This document shows positions 58,327 to 64,000 of a DNA stretch of 64,000 nucleotides, one piece after another (within the stretch, counting starts at the first letter, position 1; each line of letters starts with the position of its first letter). Under the pieces are notes generated by a model that ran no database searches, was not told the origin of the DNA, and saw only the letters and a list, made by a program, of their open reading frames with translations. Origin of the DNA: the human T2T-CHM13v2.0 reference genome, Homo sapiens; the NCBI RefSeq assembly GCF_009914755.1, contig NC_060940.1; one strand, given 5' to 3'. A program made the position numbers and the translations under genes.

Positions 58327-61300
58327 CTAAGGCTAGGCACGGTGGCTCACGCCTGTAATCCCAGCACTTTGGAAGGCTGAGGTGGGCAGATCATGAGGTC
58401 AGGAGTTTGAGACGAGCCTGGGCAATATTGTGAAACCCTGTCTTTTCTAAAAATACAAAGAAAAATTAGCCGGGCGTGTTGGCATGCACCTATAATCCCA
58501 GCTACTGTGGAGGCTGAGGCAGGAGAATCGCTTGAACCTGGGAGACGGAGCTTGCAGTGAGCCGAGATGGCGGCCACCGCACTCTAGCCTGGGTGACAGA
58601 GCGAGACTCCGTCTCAAAACAAAACAAAACAAAATCTAGCCAGAAATCGCTTGAACCCAGGAGGTGGAGGTTGCAATAAGCTGAGATTGTGCCACTGCCC
58701 TCTAGCCTGGGCAACAGAGTGAGACTCCACCCCTCCATGCCCCCCCAAAATAAAGTGTCTGGCTCTTTAAAGGAGATCACACTTGGTGGTGATGCGGGTG
58801 AAAGAGGATTGGGTTGAAGGAGTCAAAGTAGAAGTGGGAAAGCACCAAGCTGGGAAATGGGCACGTTTCTGTTCTGCGTCTAAGGTGATGCTCCTGACTT
58901 CGATTCCATCGATCAAGAGGAGTTTGCTGAAGGACAGGGTGTACAGCTGCCTTGCCCGCTCCTGAACCAGGCCCGGGGTGAAGTGTGTTGTGCACATTCA
59001 GCAGCTCCAGCCCCGCTGTGGGTCGCACTGACATGCTGGGCCCAGCCCACGCCCCAGAAGCTCGCAGCGCCATTGGTCTGGGGAATGGTGTTTTATGAGA
59101 AACTCCTGAAGTGACAGGATGGTGTCATTGGGCATAAGGGCCACGGCACTCCCACTGAGTTGCGACAAGTTCTACAAAATCATCCCTGGTTTTTAATAAG
59201 GAAACTGAGGCTCACTTGACAAGTTGAGAAAGTTGTCGCTGACCCGCTAGGCCAAGGGATACGCAGCATTTCACTCTTGCCTTCTCTTATTTGTGCAATT
59301 AGTCAAGGAAAAAGTGCAGCAAAGAGAGAGTCCTGAACCTTAAAACCCAGGAGAAAACTTATCCTACAATGCCGGGCAGTTCACGCTGATGGAAGCAGCA
59401 GCCAGAGGAAGGCACTTGGCTGGGCTTCCTGCAGCGCTGTGAGAATAGCCCGCTCCTCTGGTGGGGAAGGGGTGACACAGTCAATGGAGGGGGTGGTCTC
59501 TGAACCTGGAGCTTGGGATGGGGGCAGACAGCAGCTATTCAGCCATTCTCCATGGGCTGCCCATTTCCATGGGGACCTGGAGACAGAGAAAGGCCCAAGC
59601 GGCCAGAGGGGCCCTGGGCTCCAGTTCTACCAGCCCCACATTGACATCGTGTCCAACAAGATACCAAGAGAAGCAGGGAGTGGCTGACCTTCATTTTCCA
59701 TATCAACACAGGGGGCCCTCTGCACGCACCAACATCTTTGTCTCCTGAAAAATGGCCTTTGTCAGTTATTTTTAAAAACTGGTGTTAATCCTGAGACACG
59801 GAGATACTCCCAGGAAGACATCCGAGCCTGGACACACTGAGATGAAACCAGAAACACTCCGAGAGAAAATGACATTGATTCCAGCCCTCAAAGCAACGGG
59901 ACAAAAAACAAACAGGAGGCTTCCCTCCCGCCCCAGGGGCAGCGGCCAATGTCTGCGGCTCTGCGGGAAGGGCTCTCACTGTGACCAGATTGTGGCTTCT
60001 GATTGTATTGTAGAATTTCTGGCCCAGCTTTTAAGGTTCAAGGCTTCCTCCCTTTGCTTTTATGTTATTTTCTTGTTTAATAAAGATACACCTGTGTGAG
60101 AAGCATTGCCTGTTCACAGCTGCCACCGCCTCCTCCTCCTCCGCTTCCTCCCCATCCCCAGCACATCCTTCCCATCGACCCTCCAGAGAACCAAGCTCAA
60201 TTCAGAGCAGGCCATGTGCCCAGCTACATCCCCTCAGCCTTGCCCCCCTGAGACAGAATCCACATTCCTGCCCCTCCGCCCCCACCCTCTCCTGGCAGCC
60301 CACTCTGTGCCGACCAGAATATCGGCCCCCTCCCACCCCAGGGCTCTTGTGGCTGTTCTGATGGACCTGAGGGCACCCTTCCCCGCCCGCCCCACACCAC
60401 CTGCTCAACACCTGCTCCTCCTGTTCCCTCAGCCTGAGCTGAGCCCCCAGATGGCACCTGGCACACAGCGGTGCCCAGCAGTAACGGAGCTGTCATTTTT
60501 TGACACTTGTCCCTCCTGCTGAAAGGTGGGCTGTCCATGCACTGCTGCATCCCCAACTCTGTGCCCACCAACCCCGTCTTGATAAATGGTTCCTCCATCC
60601 ACCCGACGCCACAGGCAATCTCGGGAGCCCCCTTGGGCCCTCCTCTCCCCTCACTCCTTGCACCCAGGGCAGCAGCACGCTCTGCTGGAGGACCCTCAAA
60701 CTGCTGCCTATTCCAAGTCCGTCCACTTTTCTCTGTCCCTTCTGCTGCAGCCTGAGTGACAAGCTGGGCTTCCAGTTTAGCCACTTCCTTTCCAGCCTCT
60801 TCCCCTCTTCCCTCAAATCCCTTTTTCTTTTAACAGTGGGTTTTTTTGAGAAACCGACACTTGGCCATTCTGCTGCCCTGTTCAAAACTGAGGCTTTCCA
60901 CTAGGCTTGGGATCGAGCACGAGCTTCTCCCAGCAAGATTCGCAGCCTGGCCCTCTTCCACGTCACCTTGTGTGTGTGGGCCTCTGGCTGGGGTTGCTGT
61001 CCCCACGGCTGCTTCACAGTCACTCCTTTCCATCCTCAACCAGCTCTCAGACACTTGTCCCAACCACGGTCTCCCTGTGTCCCCTCCCCAGCTGTTGGCA
61101 TCAGGCATGTGTTGCTGCATGATGCTTGCATCCTCCTCTGGAATGTGAGCCCCCAGGGGCGGGATCCTCAACCATTCTGCTTGCCCATGGCACAGAATAA
61201 ACGCGGTCAGGCGCCATGGGCTGCAGTGCTCCCACTTGTAAGCTCGGGGACTGCTGTGCACTGCCCCTGGGCCTCCAGGCGCTGCTCCCTCTCCTGGGCT

Positions 61301-61614
61301 CATCCTCCTTCGTCAGTGCCAGCCCCAGGCAGCAGCATCCCCTCCCCCCACACCCAGGCTCCTGCACATCCCACGTTATCACAGGGGTGCACATGAAAGG
61401 GTCACCCGCAGGCTGGGGTGTCATGAGGACATGCATTCTCACAAAGCCAGGCGTATGTCTAGCTATTGTGAAATGTTTGCTGAGTCAATGAATGAATTGC
61501 AGGATACTAGATGGATCTGGCTACAAATGTTTAGAAACTACCTTAAATCCAGTTAACTGGGGGCTGTCATCATTGAGAAGTCTAGACAAAATGAGTGACA
61601 GGGAGCAGGTGTGA

Positions 61615-62320
61615 TCAGACATGGAGCAGACATGGATCACACATGGAACAGACATGGCTCACACATGGAGCAGCATGGACCACATGTGGAACAGACACGG
61701 TTCACACATGGAACAGACACAGTTCACACATGGAACAGCATGGACCATACATGGAACAGACACAGATCACACATGGAACATACACGGCTCACACATGGAA
61801 CAGCATGAATCACATATGGAGCAGCATGAATCACACATGGAACAGACATGGTTCACACACGGAACATACATGGTTCACAGATGGAACAGACATGGTTCAC
61901 ACATGGAACAGATAGTTCACACATGGAACAGATAGTTCACACATGGAACAGACATGGTTCACACATGGAACAGACACAGTTCACACATGGAACAGCATGG
62001 ACCATACATGGAACAGACACAGATCACACATGGAACATACACGGCTCACACATGGAACAGCATGGATCACACATGGAGCAGCATGAATCACATATGGAGC
62101 AGCATGAATCACACATGGAACAGACATGGTTCACACATGGAACAGACATGGTTCACACATGGAACAGACATGGTTCACACATGGAACAGATAGTTCACAC
62201 ATGGAACAGACATGGTTCACACATGGAGCAGCATGGATCACACATGGAACAGACACAGTTCACACATGGAACAGACACAGTTCACACACGGAGCAGCATG
62301 GTTCACACACGGAGCAGGCA
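61615..62320. repeat. Minisatellite of 20-22-bp variant units (about 32 copies) with a higher-order duplication
   Basis: Units cacacatggaacagacatggtt (22), cacacatggagcagcatggat (21) and cacacatggaacagatagtt (20). Confidence 0.96.
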
Positions 62321-62914
62321 CCACACACCCATGCCGTAGCATGCATCAGCCTGGTTTTCGGGCCCACACAATAGAAGTCATTGTTTTGGTGGTAAACAAT
62401 ATCCACCTGGATATTTTTCAAAATAGAGAATTGAATTATAACCTACAAATTTCCATCCTCACATGGAAATTTGACCTGGTTGAATGGCATCTGCCCTGCA
62501 GCCACTGTCCCCAAAACTGAGAGGCGGGGCAAAGTAGCCGAAGAAAGCAGCGCTGAAGCTGGCAGCTGCAAAGAGTGCAGGGCCCTCCAGTCTCTACAAA
62601 ATTCACAGCTGCTTCCAGCCTCATGCTGGGACGTGGGCTGAGCAATGAATTCTTCTTGTAATCCAGGGTAGAGTGGAAGAAAGTTCAAGGTGAGCATCAA
62701 CTCATTCAATCACTTAACAATAGGCAGGTTTGGCTCATACTGCAGAGGCCAAGCAGGAGAACCTGGCTCCTGTGTCTCTGGAAATGTTAAAATGCCTGTC
62801 AACAGGAAAAAAAGATCTGTCTCTGCCATCCTGAAGGTAAGTTTGCCACCTACGCACTAAAGATTAAGGCCATATTTTTTCAATGTTGAGATTATTCCCT
62901 TTGTCTGCAAACAG

Positions 62915-63105
62915 GGGCTTAGGACAACAGCCCTTTCTTCTCTCACAGTCCCGGAGGCCAGAGGCCAACATCAAGGTGGTGGCAGGGCCAGACTCCCTCG
63001 GGGGCTCCAGGACCCCTCCTGCCTCTTCCAGCTTCTGGGGGCTCCAGGTGTCCCTTGACTCAGAGCCGCCCACTCCCATCCCCGCCTCCATCTTCACGCT
63101 CCAGC
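62915..63105. mobile_element. MLT1-like LTR fragment
   Basis: ggcttaggacaacag...tctcacagtcccggaggccagag...atcaaggtg...cctcttccagcttctgg...cctccatcttcac. Confidence 0.65.
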
Positions 63106-63215
63106 CACTGAGACCATGCCCGACACAGCAAGTGTGGGCTGCTGCAACTGCTGTCCCTCCGTGTTCCCTCTGCACACATTGGAAAGAAAGTCTGAGGGTG
63201 GAAGCCAGGCATTCG

Positions 63216-63403
63216 GCCAGCCCTGGGAGCACAGTTCGGCAGTGACGGCAACACCAGCAGCTCAGGGTCCTCCACCCGCCAGCCCCGGGAGCACAGTTCT
63301 GCAGTGAGGATGACACCAGAGGCTCAGGGTCCTCCACCTGCCAGCCCTGGGAGCACAGTTCTGCAGTGATGGCAATGCCAGCGGCTCAGGGTCTTCTACC
63401 TGC
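63216..63403. repeat. 62-bp tandem repeat, 3 diverged copies
   Basis: cagccc.gggagcacagttc.gcagtga...gctcagggtc at 63218, 63280 and 63342. Confidence 0.9.
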
Positions 63404-63564
63404 TGGTCCCCAGGAGGCGGGCGCAGGTGTCTCCCTGCTTCACAGAAGAGGAAACTGAGACTTTGAAAGCTGAGCCGAGTCACTCGCCTGGTGCCACATT
63501 AACCAGCAAGTGGTAGAGGTGAGATCTGAACCCAGGACCGTTCGATTCTAGGCCTGAACTGCTT

Positions 63565-63975
63565 TTATCTTTTGGATGTATAGTTCACACATAACATAAC
63601 ATTAACCGTTAGTCATTTAAACACGTACAAATCCGTGGTGTTTAAGTCACTCCCAGTGTTGGGCAACCATCCCCATCATCTAGTTCCAAGACATTTTATC
63701 ACCCCAAAGAGAGACCCCATCCACTCAGCCCTCACTCTCCATCGCCCCTTCCCCCCGCCCTAAGCAGCCACGAATCTCGTCCGTCTCTCTGGATCCTCCT
63801 GTCCTGAACATTCGTGCACTCGGAATCATACAACCCGTGGTCACTGACCCTTTCACGCAGCCCAGTGTTTTCAGGGGTCCTGCACATTGCAGCGCGTCTT
63901 CCTGTGTGCAGCTGAATGACTCTCCAAGGGATGGCGGACTACGCTGGGTTTATCCATCATCCACGGATGGACGGG
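63565..63975 (-). mobile_element. L1MB-like 3' fragment
   Basis: gtgttgggcaaccatc...tagttccaagacattttatcaccccaaa...ggaatcatacaa. Confidence 0.65.
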
Positions 63976-64000
63976 CCTGAACTCTGACCCCGGCTCCTAC

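Noticed and set aside
60062-61491. Overlapping Pro/Ser/Gly-rich ORFs on both strands
   Set aside because: Expected in GC-rich DNA, with no homology or exon structure recognised.
61595-62520. Repetitive His/Met/Trp-rich ORFs
   Set aside because: By-products of the stop-poor minisatellite.
58740-64000. SLC7A5 exon 1 copy or MIR3680, expected in this type of duplicon
   Set aside because: No matching sequence or CpG island is visible; if present they lie beyond the window.

Overview
This is primate, almost certainly human, genomic DNA with roughly 100 Alu copies or fragments plus old L1M, L2, MIR, MaLR LTR and hAT DNA-transposon relics. I find no intact protein-coding gene; nearly all entries in the ORF track are Alu-, L1- or tandem-repeat-derived. 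Gene identifications and locus context come from recalled sequences and gene orders, not from a search. Three gene relics are recognisable. (1) An unprocessed, 5'-truncated carbonic anhydrase VA (CA5A) duplicate on the + strand, with exons 3-7 (36549-53979), GT-AG boundaries, a 2-bp frameshift in exon 4 and an Alu-truncated 3'UTR. (2) A 5'-truncated processed RPS10 retrocopy on the - strand in its intron 5. (3) An isolated - strand terminal exon at about 17115-17349 whose peptide resembles the last transmembrane helix of TMEM180/MFSD13-family transporters, probably a severed piece of MFSD13B. Base composition switches from AT-rich/CpG-poor to GC/CpG-rich at a chimeric inverted-Alu junction near 28.1 kb. 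I infer this is the edge of a 16q24-derived (CA5A/SLC7A5) segmental duplication on 16p. The most notable sequence-level observations are rearrangement scars: an Alu-Alu inversion of about 1.2-1.5 kb (55.25-56.78 kb), supported by swapped TSDs and by split L1 and MLT1 elements, and two short locally templated insertions inside Alus. Several VNTRs are also present. I see no evidence of a wholly new biological system.
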